64,000 bases of DNA from an uncultured Cytophagales bacterium (lineage in GTDB: Bacteria > Bacteroidota > Bacteroidia > Cytophagales > Thermonemataceae). Below the pieces are notes generated by a model. The model had not been told where the DNA came from. It searched no databases and was given only the letters and a program-made list of their open reading frames with translations. Numbering within the stretch: the stretch's first letter is position 1; each line of letters begins with the position of its first letter. The stretch lies in assembly GCA_937911505.1 (NCBI GenBank), contig CALEMF010000031.1, positions 16,805 to 80,804 of the forward strand. The letters run 5' to 3'. The position numbers and the translations under genes are program-made. This document shows, in pieces, positions 1 to 10,097 of this stretch.

Positions 1-114
1 GAGCGTGAGGAAAAGAGGGTCGGAAGGGAAATTAATTGCATACAGGCTGCTGTCGTGCCATCCCATCGTTTCAAAGTCTTCGTGTGTCCATTTTTCTTTT
101 ATTGGTTTATTCAT
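1..114 (-). CDS. hypothetical protein, N-terminal fragment (gene runs off the window start)
   Basis: A reverse-strand ATG at 112-114 opens a frame (MNKPIKEKWTHEDFETMGWHDSSLYAINFPSDPLFLTL) that is still open at base 1. No motif recognised. Confidence 0.25.
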   Translation of the reverse strand, partial: MNKPIKEKWTHEDFETMGWHDSSLYAINFPSDPLFLTL

Positions 115-221
115 TTTATAGGTATTTGAGCAGGAAACAATTTCATAAGGAAATCGTTAGCAAAAATCTACCATTTTATGTAAAATAGGAAAGTGCTATC
201 ATTTCATCAAAAGCAGCCAAA

Positions 222-647
222 ATGAAGAGGAAAGAAATCAAAAATCTCTTTAAACTCATTTCTTCTGACGATCCAAAAAATAAGCTGATTGCTTTACAAA
301 TGATTGACTTTGAAAACTATAATCAGGCTGATTTGATCAATAAGTTTTATGAGAAAATACCTCTTTTCCCCTACATCGGGCTCAAGGTTTTGTTAAATAC
401 CTTCTACTTACCCATTACAGGCCAAGAAACTTTCCATTTGGTTACCCCACGCATTGTACCTTCTACTTCAGGTGCTTCTCCTACATTTGAATATCAATTT
501 TTCCAAGAAGAATTTCACGCACCGTTGTTGGTATATAGCCCTGTTCAAATGAATAAAATAAGAACTAGACCCATCAGCTTACTTAAAGATGTAGAAAGTG
601 CCAAGCTTGGTTTTTATCAAAATCGTTACAACAAGCTTTTTTTATAG
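222..647 (+). CDS. hypothetical protein (141 aa)
   Basis: ORF in the track, followed by a hairpin terminator. No recognisable motif. Confidence 0.4.
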   Translation: MKRKEIKNLFKLISSDDPKNKLIALQMIDFENYNQADLINKFYEKIPLFPYIGLKVLLNTFYLPITGQETFHLVTPRIVPSTSGASPTFEYQFFQEEFHAPLLVYSPVQMNKIRTRPISLLKDVESAKLGFYQNRYNKLFL

Positions 648-773
648 GATAAAGATAGCCAACCGTAGCTAGGGTGGAAGTGCGGCTTCTGACTCACCAG
701 AAGGAATATTTATATTGAGAAGAGTTGAAAATGTACAATAAATAATCCCTTCCTGATGGAGGAGAGAAGCTAT

Positions 774-812
774 AAAAAAGGGACGATGCTTTTACAGCAT
801 TGTCCCTTGCTC
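774..812. terminator. hairpin terminator between convergent genes
   Basis: An 11-bp stem pairs 780-790 with 796-806 (one G-U pair on the plus RNA) around a 5-nt loop. An A6 run precedes it (a T-run for the minus-strand gene) and T-rich sequence follows it. Confidence 0.5.
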
Positions 813-838
813 TTTCTTGCTCAATAGCAGCAACTAAC

Positions 839-1834
839 TTATTCTTTCATTAAACGAATAACCTCCACAGGCTTATCAGATGTCTTCACCTTAAGATAGT
901 AAACGCCACGCGATAAAGCTACCTCGTTGAATGTCAAGTCCATTGTATGCGCTTGGCTATCAAGCTGAACAGTACCTTCTTGAAGTGTATATCCAACTGC
1001 ATCTTGTAGCAAGTAAGTAACCTCTCCACTGTATTCACGTGGGAGTTGTACATTAATATGATTATCAACCATAGGGTTGGGGTAAGCCACCACGGCTTGG
1101 CCAGCACCTACTACAGTAAATGTACACTCATCTGTTACCAGTCCGTTGCTAAAGCTCGTTACAGAAATGGTGACGGTTCCTGGGCCTACGGCTTCTACTT
1201 CTCCAAACAAGAAATCTACTGTTGCCACGCTGGAATTACTCGAGGAGTACGCCACCGTTTTATTGACTGTATTGGCTGGGAATATCTCCTCTTCTAAGTC
1301 AATGAAATCACCCACGTTTAAAACACTAGGGCAATTTGTAATACGTATCTCTTCTGCAATAACATCTGCAGAGGTAAAGCTAAACTGGTCTACATCAAGT
1401 AGAAAGCTATTGCCACCTCTAAACACTAGATACAAATCTTGGGTACTCAAGAAAACAGTACCATCTGAGTAGTCCTCTAAGACATTGATATCAAAATTCT
1501 GGAAACTTCTCCAGCCATTTGTATTAGTAATGTTAGCAGTAGCGATCAGAAGACCAGTAGGGCTGTCGATGCGGAACTCTACAGTCCCTCCATTGGTATT
1601 ACTCGAAGCCCGTATGCGCCCCTCAAGAGGCCCTCTCCCAAAGGCTACATTATCAAAGGAAATCCAATCACCGTCTTGGATAAAACCGACTGCGTTCCCA
1701 TTATTACTAAGTTGTACCCCGTTCTGCGTGTCAAAAGATTCTCCCTCTATGGGATTGTAGGGATCGATGGTTTGTGCTTGAAATGTTGAGTAGCTCAACA
1801 ATACGATTAAGATAAGATAAAAATTTGTCTTCAT
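839..1834 (-). CDS. secreted carbohydrate-binding protein: CBM6/35-like module, Big_2 Ig-like domain and T9SS type A C-terminal sorting domain
   Basis: Signal peptide MKTNFYLILIVLLSYSTFQAQ from the ATG at 1832-1834. CBM6-like GESFDTQNGV...GFIQDGDWISFDNVAFG...LLDVDQFSF. Big_2-like ATVDFLFGEVEAVGPGTVTISV. C-terminal AYPNP...YYLKVKT...VIRLMKE tail typical of Por/T9SS cargo. No catalytic domain seen. Confidence 0.75.
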   Translation of the reverse strand: MKTNFYLILIVLLSYSTFQAQTIDPYNPIEGESFDTQNGVQLSNNGNAVGFIQDGDWISFDNVAFGRGPLEGRIRASSNTNGGTVEFRIDSPTGLLIATANITNTNGWRSFQNFDINVLEDYSDGTVFLSTQDLYLVFRGGNSFLLDVDQFSFTSADVIAEEIRITNCPSVLNVGDFIDLEEEIFPANTVNKTVAYSSSNSSVATVDFLFGEVEAVGPGTVTISVTSFSNGLVTDECTFTVVGAGQAVVAYPNPMVDNHINVQLPREYSGEVTYLLQDAVGYTLQEGTVQLDSQAHTMDLTFNEVALSRGVYYLKVKTSDKPVEVIRLMKE

Positions 1835-1981
1835 GGTTTTGGGTTTAATTGTGTTTTTAGTGTGAATAGATAGTCTATTGAATTTCAATATAATAGATGT
1901 GTACTTATATTTCAACACCTGCCCATTACCCTTTTGTTAATGATAATGAATCGCTCTCAGCAGTACTTGTGGAGAGGCTAT

Positions 1982-3580
1982 TTACTCTACACGGTAAATG
2001 CTAACGTATTCGTCTTGGTGTACGTGGGGATTCAGAAAATGAAGAATGCGATCGTAGAGAGCGGGTTGAATGCTGGTCTCGAGCGTTATTGTTTGGTCAG
2101 GAAAAAGCTGGCTAATACCCGCTAGCCGACTTTGTAAATCCTTTTGTCCAATGAGCACAAGGTAGTTAGGGCGTTGCTGCGTTTGTTGTATTTCGGCTTC
2201 TATGGCTACGATGTCTTTATTTTCTCCCCAAGTAAAAACCAACGGATAATTGGGAGAAAGCTGTTCTTTTGTAGGATTGACTGGTAAGGTTCCTAGCTCA
2301 TCGCCTCGAAATACTTCATAGTGCGCAGCAAGGCGGTCTAAATAAAAAACAGGAGGCATAGGTACTTTTTGACCCTCTATAAGCACTGCTTGGAGATCTG
2401 ATTTTTCAGAGAGGTATAGGAGCGGGGCAATGCGTGATTTCTTAGAGTAAGTAAGCGAGAGCCCTAGTGCTGCTGTTAAATTAAGCACCCAGAAGAAAAC
2501 CCAGCAGGCTTTGAGTAACTTATCACGCTTTTGCCAAAAAGCCGATTTTACGATAAATTGTTCCCAGCCTATCGTACCTAAGATGACGATCAATGGGAGC
2601 ATAGGAAGAATAAATCGCTCTTGCTTGTTGGGAAAAGCCGAATGAAAAATAAAGAATACCAAAGCCGCTACAAATAGCATAGGCGCAATCTTGCGCGCAC
2701 GTACAAACCCATAGAGTAAAAAAAGACTAATAGGAGGCACAAGAAAACCAATAATGGTAAAGAAAAACTTCTCTGGACCGCCAGTAACGTAGTTGTATGC
2801 ATTATTAGCATTGTAGGTAAAATAGCTGACCAATGAATGAAACGGATAGTCGAAAAAGTAGGCATCAATAGCGCCTTGTATGCTAGCGGCTGCTAGCAAA
2901 TAGCCCAAGGTAAACCAAAGGCTTCCTAGCCATTGCCGACGGTAGAGCATAACCAAGCCAACACCACCTGCAAAAAGAATAGTATGAAGACGAAGCACAA
3001 AGGCAATCCCAAAACATACTCCTGCCCAAAACCAAAGACTACTAGTTCTACTACCTGATTGATGCGCTTTGAGCAGCCCATAGAAGCCTGCTAGACAAAT
3101 GGGAATGCATACCATTTCTACCAGATTCTTTACGCTTAAAAAAGGCATAAACCAAAGCAGCGCAAGTAAAAGTCCCGCTTTTCGGGCGACCTCTTTGTTA
3201 GTAAGCTGTAGCGTAATTTTATAACCAAAGTAGACGGTAAGCAGCGAATACAAAGCGTGAAGCAGGCGCGCAATGAGCATTTTGGTAGTGGCTTGGGTGA
3301 TGCCCAACTGCGTTAAACCATCAAAAAGCAGATAATGAAGCCCAGCGTAGGTCATGCTATGTAGGGGCGGATGATCCATATCGAGCCAAAAAGGAAAACC
3401 ATAAAGCCAATATTGAGCGGGCCGTATCACACAAAAGTGGTCGTCGCTGAAAGCGTATCCCTTAGAGAAAAAAGCCGCCAGTAGCCGTATCAAAAGCGCT
3501 ATGCCCAATACAATAGTAAGCGGACGTTCTTGCCAAAGAAAAAATAGACGCTTTTTAAAATCTGCTGGTGAAGAAGACAT
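1982..3580 (-). CDS. polytopic GT-C fold glycosyltransferase, probably GT22/Alg9-like mannosyltransferase family
   Basis: 532 aa with more than 10 predicted TM helices. The first loop carries SDDHF...PAQYW, resembling the (P)DE(H/V)FQ loop of GT22/GT-C enzymes. There is a soluble C-terminal domain. Confidence 0.55.
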   Translation of the reverse strand: MSSSPADFKKRLFFLWQERPLTIVLGIALLIRLLAAFFSKGYAFSDDHFCVIRPAQYWLYGFPFWLDMDHPPLHSMTYAGLHYLLFDGLTQLGITQATTKMLIARLLHALYSLLTVYFGYKITLQLTNKEVARKAGLLLALLWFMPFLSVKNLVEMVCIPICLAGFYGLLKAHQSGSRTSSLWFWAGVCFGIAFVLRLHTILFAGGVGLVMLYRRQWLGSLWFTLGYLLAAASIQGAIDAYFFDYPFHSLVSYFTYNANNAYNYVTGGPEKFFFTIIGFLVPPISLFLLYGFVRARKIAPMLFVAALVFFIFHSAFPNKQERFILPMLPLIVILGTIGWEQFIVKSAFWQKRDKLLKACWVFFWVLNLTAALGLSLTYSKKSRIAPLLYLSEKSDLQAVLIEGQKVPMPPVFYLDRLAAHYEVFRGDELGTLPVNPTKEQLSPNYPLVFTWGENKDIVAIEAEIQQTQQRPNYLVLIGQKDLQSRLAGISQLFPDQTITLETSIQPALYDRILHFLNPHVHQDEYVSIYRVE

Positions 3581-3834
3581 GGGTTGAAGATTTCCAGCAA
3601 GTTTAGCGAAAATAAGATAATTTGTAGCAAGTTAGGTGAGTTTTTTATAAGGTATGCTGTGCAAATCTCATAGAAGAAGGTATTTCAAATGAATAAGGCA
3701 CTATGAAGCAATGATCAATAAATTAAATACGTGTTTTTTGATGCATCTCGATAAAATAAGCTATTTTCAAGGGTATCCAAACAGAATACTGCAAGAAGTA
3801 TTATTTTTAAAAACCATCGTTTAAGTACACTAAT

Positions 3835-5268
3835 ATGCCCGACGCAGAAATACTCAATAATTATTTACAACAGGTACTCAAGTTGAAGCAGCAGCAATAC
3901 AAACATGGGAATTATCTTAACGCACAACAAAGAGAAGCATTACTAGCTGAAGTACTCACCGATGTGGGATTTACTGCTGATATGAATCACTTACGAAAAA
4001 AGAAAGCAGAGCAGGCTTTTTATGCATATGAGTTTCTGAAAAGCGACGATGTAATGAGACGGCGGTTCTCTAAAATTTACCAAAAGTATTGTCAGAAATA
4101 CCTCAAAAAAGCTCTTGCACTTGATCCCTACAACGAAGATTTCTTGGAAGCCTATATAGATAAAAGTAATGATTGGAAAATAGCAGAAAGCTATCAATAC
4201 CGTTATTTAGCCTTATTCAACCCTAATAGTAGTAAGTATCAAACACTGATCTTAGATTTGGGCTTACACAATAATGAACCTACCATCGACTATCTGCCAG
4301 AAGGCCTCGTTAGTAGCCTGATGGAGGCGATGCTTGACTTAGCACCTACAGATGTCTCAAAAGATACCAAGCCATTGCAGGAGGCCGAGATATTCAGAGA
4401 GGTTATTCAAGAAGTAGGAGTGGAGCAGGAGACAATACAGACGCTAGAAGAAGTACTACCTGGTCATTTGACAACGATTATAAGAGGGCTTCGAGGGGAA
4501 AGGAATTGGGAGGGTATTCTTAAAATCTATATGTCGACAGAAAAAGTATTGGCCATTGCACCGTATGAACCTATTGTTTTATTACTCACTACTTTCTTCT
4601 ACGCAAGTGTATACCCACGTATTCTTCTATCATTTCACCAAAATACTGATCTAATTGGTAAAACTGATACAATGAATACATTCTTTAAAACAGTATTTAA
4701 CAAGACACAACTTAACGAAAAAGAAAGAGTAGAAGAAGCCAAAAAATCATTCCAAAAGAGCGTACAACTGAAAGAAAGGTACAGTAAAATAGTAACTGCC
4801 TTGCTCCTTAGCGAAAAAGGAGAGGAAATAAGAGGCTTTGTAAGAAAACCTTTGAGGCGTTTTGACCTAAGCTCTATCGACTTCGTACGGACGCTTCCTA
4901 AAATGCGTGGTTCCTTAATGCTCTACAGTAAAGGCATTACATCCCTCAGAACGGAAGAGGATCACCATCAGCTAGAAGAACACCTCACTCAACTAGAAGC
5001 GTTCTTTGAACAAGAGTTCCTGACTTTCCAAGTAGCCCTCAACAATCCAAAATTAATTACAACGACCAAAGGCTCCCCAGTAATAGGTTTTATTTGTGGC
5101 TTAGCCATAGGAGCGATCCTATATCGTTCTTTTCCTAAGGTAGTCTTTTTAATGGTTGCTCCAATAGCTGGCGCTGTGCTAGAAAACCTATTTAGGCAAG
5201 TCAAAACTAAACCCAAAAAGAAGCTTACCTTACTTCCCTTCCATAAGGATAATCTTGCTGCCTTGTAA
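3835..5268 (+). CDS. hypothetical protein (477 aa) with a C-terminal transmembrane hairpin
   Basis: Long ORF with a helical, TPR-like N-terminal half. Two hydrophobic helices lie near the C-terminus (PVIGFICGLAIGAILY, VVFLMVAPIAGAVL). No catalytic motif. Confidence 0.5.
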   Translation: MPDAEILNNYLQQVLKLKQQQYKHGNYLNAQQREALLAEVLTDVGFTADMNHLRKKKAEQAFYAYEFLKSDDVMRRRFSKIYQKYCQKYLKKALALDPYNEDFLEAYIDKSNDWKIAESYQYRYLALFNPNSSKYQTLILDLGLHNNEPTIDYLPEGLVSSLMEAMLDLAPTDVSKDTKPLQEAEIFREVIQEVGVEQETIQTLEEVLPGHLTTIIRGLRGERNWEGILKIYMSTEKVLAIAPYEPIVLLLTTFFYASVYPRILLSFHQNTDLIGKTDTMNTFFKTVFNKTQLNEKERVEEAKKSFQKSVQLKERYSKIVTALLLSEKGEEIRGFVRKPLRRFDLSSIDFVRTLPKMRGSLMLYSKGITSLRTEEDHHQLEEHLTQLEAFFEQEFLTFQVALNNPKLITTTKGSPVIGFICGLAIGAILYRSFPKVVFLMVAPIAGAVLENLFRQVKTKPKKKLTLLPFHKDNLAAL

Positions 5269-5715
5269 TATAATTGACAATATTTCCTTCATTTTCTTTA
5301 AGTTTTGCATGTAAAGTCGAAAGCTATTAGCCGTAAAAAGGCAACCTTCCTTTCCTACTTTTAGATTAGTTGATAGCTAAAAAGAGATTAGACATAATTA
5401 CTCTATTATGGGGCCTCACTTACGCTTTTTGGAAGAATACGCACAAAAAGCCTATCGTTCCCTACCGCTTATCAATTTTTATAAACATAGCTGTTTATCT
5501 GAAAAATTGCTTAAACTAAAAATGGCTAAAAGTGGTTTTGGAAGGGATAACACCCTAAACAATTCAGTAGAGAGAAAGTTAAAAGCATGTAGTAGAAGAG
5601 CGCACACAAAAAGATTTTTTCAGTAGTATAGTATTCAATTTTTAAGGGAGTGTCGTTAGCCTACACATACAATAATCAACATAACATCTTGTCCTTCTTA
5701 AGTCATTAAAAGCCC

Positions 5716-6903
5716 ATGAAAATAAAGAATAAGTGGAAAAAGCGAATACCCTACCTCGTTGGTCTGCTAGTGGTTGTAGCCATCGTAATAGCGAGCTTCA
5801 CTACCACAGAGAAAGAGGCACAGGCCGCTCCAAAACCCTTGGAAGTAACCACTATCTATCCTGAAAAGAAGAAAGTGACCGAGTGGGACGAGTTCACAGG
5901 TCGCTTTGAGGCTACCAATCGGGTAGAGGTACGCGCTCGTGTCAGTGGTTACATTACATCCGTAAACTTTAAGGACGGACAGCAAGTACAAAAAGGCGAT
6001 GTGTTGTTTACCATCGATGCGCGTCCCTTTGCTATTGCACTACAAGAAGCCCAAGCCGCTTACCAACAGGCACGTGCCAATTACCAGCAAGCAGCTAATA
6101 ACTTTGTCCGTATTAAAGATTTACAGGCATCCGGAGCTATTTCGGCAGAAGAATACGATCAACGACAACAAGGGCAAGCTGCTGCCTTAGCCCAGATGCA
6201 ATTGACCAAAGCGGCAGTAGACAATGCTTCCCTCAACCTTTCTTTTACACAAGTAAGAGCACCCATCACAGGCCGGGTAAGTCGGGATTTTATTAACGAA
6301 GGTAACTTAGTTATTGGCGGAACAGGTAATGCTACGCTGCTTACGACCATTGTGGCCACTGACCCTATTCACTTTTATTTTACTATCAGTGAGTCAGATG
6401 TACTACAATATAGCCGTTTGGTAAACAACGATAAGACAGACGCATATCGAAATAGTACTAAACCTGTAGAGATACAACTGGCTGACGAAACCAATTATAC
6501 CCACAAGGGAACCCTCGATTTTATTGATAATGAAATTACCTCAGCAAGTGGCACGATGGAAATGCGGGCTATTTTTGAGAACAAAGAAGGGTTGTTGGCT
6601 CCTGGTATGTTTGGCAGGGCACGCCTGCAACGCAACACTAACCGTATGGTAGTACTTATTCCTGATCGGCTTGTGAATACCAACCAGACCGAGAAATTTG
6701 TCTATACCATTGCGCAAGACTCTACTATAGAAGCTACACAGGTAAAAGTAGGCGATCTACATCAAGGACAGTACAGAATCATAAAGCAAGGGCTAGATAC
6801 CAATAGCCTCCTTGTTACCAATAATTTGCTCAAAGTAAAGCCTGGTCAAAAGGTGGTGTATCAGGCAGCAAAGAAGTCTTCTACTAACGCCCCAGCCTCA
6901 TGA
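5716..6903 (+). CDS. RND efflux periplasmic adaptor (membrane fusion protein, AcrA/MexA family)
   Basis: N-terminal TM anchor. Lipoyl/hairpin signatures: FTGRFEA..RVEVRARVSGYI, GDVLFTIDARPF, coiled-coil QAAY..A, LSFTQVRAPITGRVS. The stop overlaps the pump start (ATGA at 6900-6903). Confidence 0.9.
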   Translation: MKIKNKWKKRIPYLVGLLVVVAIVIASFTTTEKEAQAAPKPLEVTTIYPEKKKVTEWDEFTGRFEATNRVEVRARVSGYITSVNFKDGQQVQKGDVLFTIDARPFAIALQEAQAAYQQARANYQQAANNFVRIKDLQASGAISAEEYDQRQQGQAAALAQMQLTKAAVDNASLNLSFTQVRAPITGRVSRDFINEGNLVIGGTGNATLLTTIVATDPIHFYFTISESDVLQYSRLVNNDKTDAYRNSTKPVEIQLADETNYTHKGTLDFIDNEITSASGTMEMRAIFENKEGLLAPGMFGRARLQRNTNRMVVLIPDRLVNTNQTEKFVYTIAQDSTIEATQVKVGDLHQGQYRIIKQGLDTNSLLVTNNLLKVKPGQKVVYQAAKKSSTNAPAS

Positions 6904-9900
6904 AGTTTAGCTATCTTTTCATTGACCGGCCTATTCTAGCGGGTGTTGTCTCTATTTTTATTGTGCTTATTGGTGGGTTGGCTTACTTTAATTTACCCCT
7001 CTCACAATATCCAGAAGTAGTACCGCCTACCATTAATGTAAGCGCCTCTTATCCAGGTGCGGATGCCGCTACCATCGCTGCTACTATTGCTACTCCTATT
7101 GAACAAGAGATCAACGGGGTAGAGGGAATGTTGTATATGACCTCTCAATCTTCCAACGATGGTCGCCTAAGCCTCAATATTACTTTCGAACTTGGTACTG
7201 ACCTAGATCAAGCCCAAGTATTGGTACAAAACCGTGTCTCGCAAGCGCTTCCTCGGTTACCTGTCGCAGTGAGGCAACTGGGCGTCTTTACCAGAAAACG
7301 TTCCCCTGATTTACTTCTAGTGGTACATTTACGCTCTCCTGATGACCGTTATGATAATACCTATATCGGTAACTATGCTTATTTACAACTCAGAGATGGG
7401 CTTTCTAGAATCGAAGGGGTAGGAGACATAAGCTTTTTTGGAAGTAGTGCTTATGCGATGCGTATTTGGCTTAATCCAGATAAGGTAGCTGCACTAGGTA
7501 TTACCGCTAGTGAAGTAGTGGCACAGCTCCAGGCACAAAACACACAAGTAGCTAGTGGAATGTTAAACCAGTCGCCCATCACGGGCGAGCAAAATGCTTT
7601 CGAGATCAACATACGTATGCAAGGCAGGTTATCATCGGTAGAATCCTTTGAGAACGTCATCATCAAATCAGATGAGAACGGTCAACTGGTGCGCCTCAAA
7701 GATATTGGACGCGTAGAGATCGGGGCAGAGGTATACGCCACACGCTCTGCTTTAGGTTCCAAACCAGCCGTTGGACTAGGGATTACCCAGCGACCCGGGA
7801 CAAATGCCATCGAAACCGCTGAACAGGTCAAGCAATTTATGAAAGAGAACGCAGCCAGCTTCCCTCCAGGGTTGGAGTATGCCATTGAGTATAATCCTAC
7901 TGTGTTTGTGGAAGAGTCGGTAGAGGCCGTTATAGATACGCTTTATGAGGCATTGATCTTAGTAGTACTCGTTATCTTGGTTTTCTTACAGTCTTGGCGG
8001 GCGGCTTTAATCCCTATTGCGGCCATTCCTGTATCGCTTATTGGTACTTTTGGGGTGATGCAAGCGCTTGGCCTTTCCCTCAACAACCTATCTCTTTTTG
8101 GGTTGGTACTGGCTATTGGGATTGTAGTAGATGATGCCATTGTGGTAGTAGAAAACGTTGAAAGACGCCTATCAGAAGGCGATTCCCCAAGAGAGGCAGT
8201 ACGTAATACTATGAAAGAAGTAGGCGGCGCGTTGGTCGCTATGGGATTAGTGTTAGTAGCTGTTTTCTTACCTACCTTGTTTCTAGAAGGGATCTCTGGA
8301 CAGTTCTTTAGGCAGTTTGGTATCACCATCTCTGTCTCTACTGTCATCTCCGTGTTCGTATCTCTTACGCTCAGTCCTGCCTTGGCCAAGCTCTTACTGA
8401 AGCCCCACGATCCATCAAAACACCAACAGACACAAAAACCTTGGTACAAACGTCCTGTAGCAGCCTTTACAGAGGCTTTTAATCACGGACTGGAGCGCCT
8501 CTCGCAAAAATACGGTACTTCTGTCGCCCGTCTCCTACGTATGAGCACGATGATGCTGCTTGTTTACGTTGGTTTACTGGTAATTACAGGAGTGCAGTTC
8601 AATCGTATTCCTAGTGGCTTTATTCCACAGCAAGACCAAGGCTTACTCATTACGGCCATACAGCTACCTGCAGGCGCTTCCCTCTCTCGTACAGAAGAAG
8701 TGGTCAATCAAATTTCAGAGAAGATCATCGCTATTCCTGGGGTACAAAATACTGTAGCCTACGCAGGGTTGAATGCAGCGACCCGTACCAATACCTCCAA
8801 CTCTGGTGCGATCTTTACGATTTTAGAAAAATTTGATGAGCGTACCAATCAGGAGAAATCTGTAGAACAGATTATGGCACGTATGCAAGAAGTAGCTGCT
8901 CAAGAGAAAAGAGCTGTTGTGAATATCATACAACCACCACCTGTGAGAGGAATTGGTACCGCTGGTGGCTTTAAAATGATGGTGCAAGACCGCTCCAATC
9001 AAGGGCTAGAGCGATTGAACGAAGTAACGCAGGAGTTAGTGGCAGCAGCCAACCAAGAGCCTTCTGTTGCAAGAGCTTTCACCGTTTTTGAGAATAGTAC
9101 CCCACAGTTGTATTTAGATGTTGATCGGGTGCGTGCCGAAAAAGTTGGGGTGCCTTTGGCAGAGATTTTTCGTACACTAGAAGTATTCATCGGGTCAGCT
9201 TACATAAACGACTTTAATTACCTGGGCAGAACCTATCGCGTTACTGCCCAAGCAGATGCGCCTTATCGCCTTACACCCGATGATGTGATGCGCCTTCGGG
9301 TACGCAATAAAACTGGAGAAATGATGCCTCTAGGAACAGTAGCTTCCTTTAAAGATATCGTAGGTCCTGATAGAGTTCAGCGTTATAACCTCTTTAACGC
9401 GATTGCGATCAATGGTGCTAACCAGAATGGCTACAGCTCAGGAGAGGCACTTGATGCCATGGAACGTTTGGCAGAAGAGGTGCTACCAGAAGGGTTCGGT
9501 TATGAGTGGACGGAAGTTGCCTACCAACAACGACAAAATGAAGGGACAGAGATCATCGCTTTTGCTTTAGCAGTGCTCTTTGTTTTCTTGTTACTAGCCG
9601 CACAATTTGAAAGCCTTATTATTCCAATGAGTGTGATTTTGGTAGTACCTTTAGGGCTGCTGGCGGCACTGGTAGGACTAGACTTCTTCAGTTTGGAGAA
9701 TGATATTCTCACCCAGATTGGGATGGTCGTGCTAATTGGGCTAGCGAGTAAAAACGCTATTTTGATTGTGGAGTTTGCCAAACAAAAAGAAGACGAGGGC
9801 TTATCACTCTTCGATGCAGCCAAAGAGGCAGCGCAGTTGCGTCTTCGCCCTATCCTCATGACCTCTTTCGCCTTTATTTTAGGAGTTTTACCCTTAGTAC

Positions 9901-10097
9901 TGGCCTCAGGTGCTGGTTCGGAGATGCGCAACTCACTAGGTGTAGCAGTATTTATCGGGATGATTGGGGTGACACTATTCGGCCTTTTCTTTACACCCAT
10001 CTTCTACTACCTAACGAGGAAGCTGAGTACACTATCGTTAAAAAAACCTGAAAAGGAAAAAGAGGAAGACCTTCAACTAGAAATGTCAGAAAAATGA
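6900..10097 (+). CDS. RND multidrug efflux pump, inner-membrane permease (AcrB/MexB, HAE1 type)
   Basis: 1065 aa. N-terminal FIDRPILAGVVSIFIVLIGG, 12-TM topology with two large periplasmic loops, and GIVVDDAIVVVENVER. Translationally coupled to both neighbours by ATGA overlaps. Confidence 0.95.
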   Translation: MKFSYLFIDRPILAGVVSIFIVLIGGLAYFNLPLSQYPEVVPPTINVSASYPGADAATIAATIATPIEQEINGVEGMLYMTSQSSNDGRLSLNITFELGTDLDQAQVLVQNRVSQALPRLPVAVRQLGVFTRKRSPDLLLVVHLRSPDDRYDNTYIGNYAYLQLRDGLSRIEGVGDISFFGSSAYAMRIWLNPDKVAALGITASEVVAQLQAQNTQVASGMLNQSPITGEQNAFEINIRMQGRLSSVESFENVIIKSDENGQLVRLKDIGRVEIGAEVYATRSALGSKPAVGLGITQRPGTNAIETAEQVKQFMKENAASFPPGLEYAIEYNPTVFVEESVEAVIDTLYEALILVVLVILVFLQSWRAALIPIAAIPVSLIGTFGVMQALGLSLNNLSLFGLVLAIGIVVDDAIVVVENVERRLSEGDSPREAVRNTMKEVGGALVAMGLVLVAVFLPTLFLEGISGQFFRQFGITISVSTVISVFVSLTLSPALAKLLLKPHDPSKHQQTQKPWYKRPVAAFTEAFNHGLERLSQKYGTSVARLLRMSTMMLLVYVGLLVITGVQFNRIPSGFIPQQDQGLLITAIQLPAGASLSRTEEVVNQISEKIIAIPGVQNTVAYAGLNAATRTNTSNSGAIFTILEKFDERTNQEKSVEQIMARMQEVAAQEKRAVVNIIQPPPVRGIGTAGGFKMMVQDRSNQGLERLNEVTQELVAAANQEPSVARAFTVFENSTPQLYLDVDRVRAEKVGVPLAEIFRTLEVFIGSAYINDFNYLGRTYRVTAQADAPYRLTPDDVMRLRVRNKTGEMMPLGTVASFKDIVGPDRVQRYNLFNAIAINGANQNGYSSGEALDAMERLAEEVLPEGFGYEWTEVAYQQRQNEGTEIIAFALAVLFVFLLLAAQFESLIIPMSVILVVPLGLLAALVGLDFFSLENDILTQIGMVVLIGLASKNAILIVEFAKQKEDEGLSLFDAAKEAAQLRLRPILMTSFAFILGVLPLVLASGAGSEMRNSLGVAVFIGMIGVTLFGLFFTPIFYYLTRKLSTLSLKKPEKEKEEDLQLEMSEK

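Noticed and set aside
5408-5626. A 72-aa ORF upstream of the RND operon; I looked here for the missing TetR-type regulator.
   Set aside because: The product is basic and low-complexity with no HTH motif. It is more likely a chance ORF in the promoter region.
7943-8449. Long antisense ORFs inside well-supported genes (for example 7943..8449, 9521..10000, 10410..10974, 29990..30538, 31860..32300, 38861..39355, 43795..44181, 45665..46090 and 60181..60816).
   Set aside because: They lie entirely opposite strongly motif-supported CDSs. Their products are low-complexity or Ser/Arg/Cys-rich with no motifs. They look like typical shadow ORFs.
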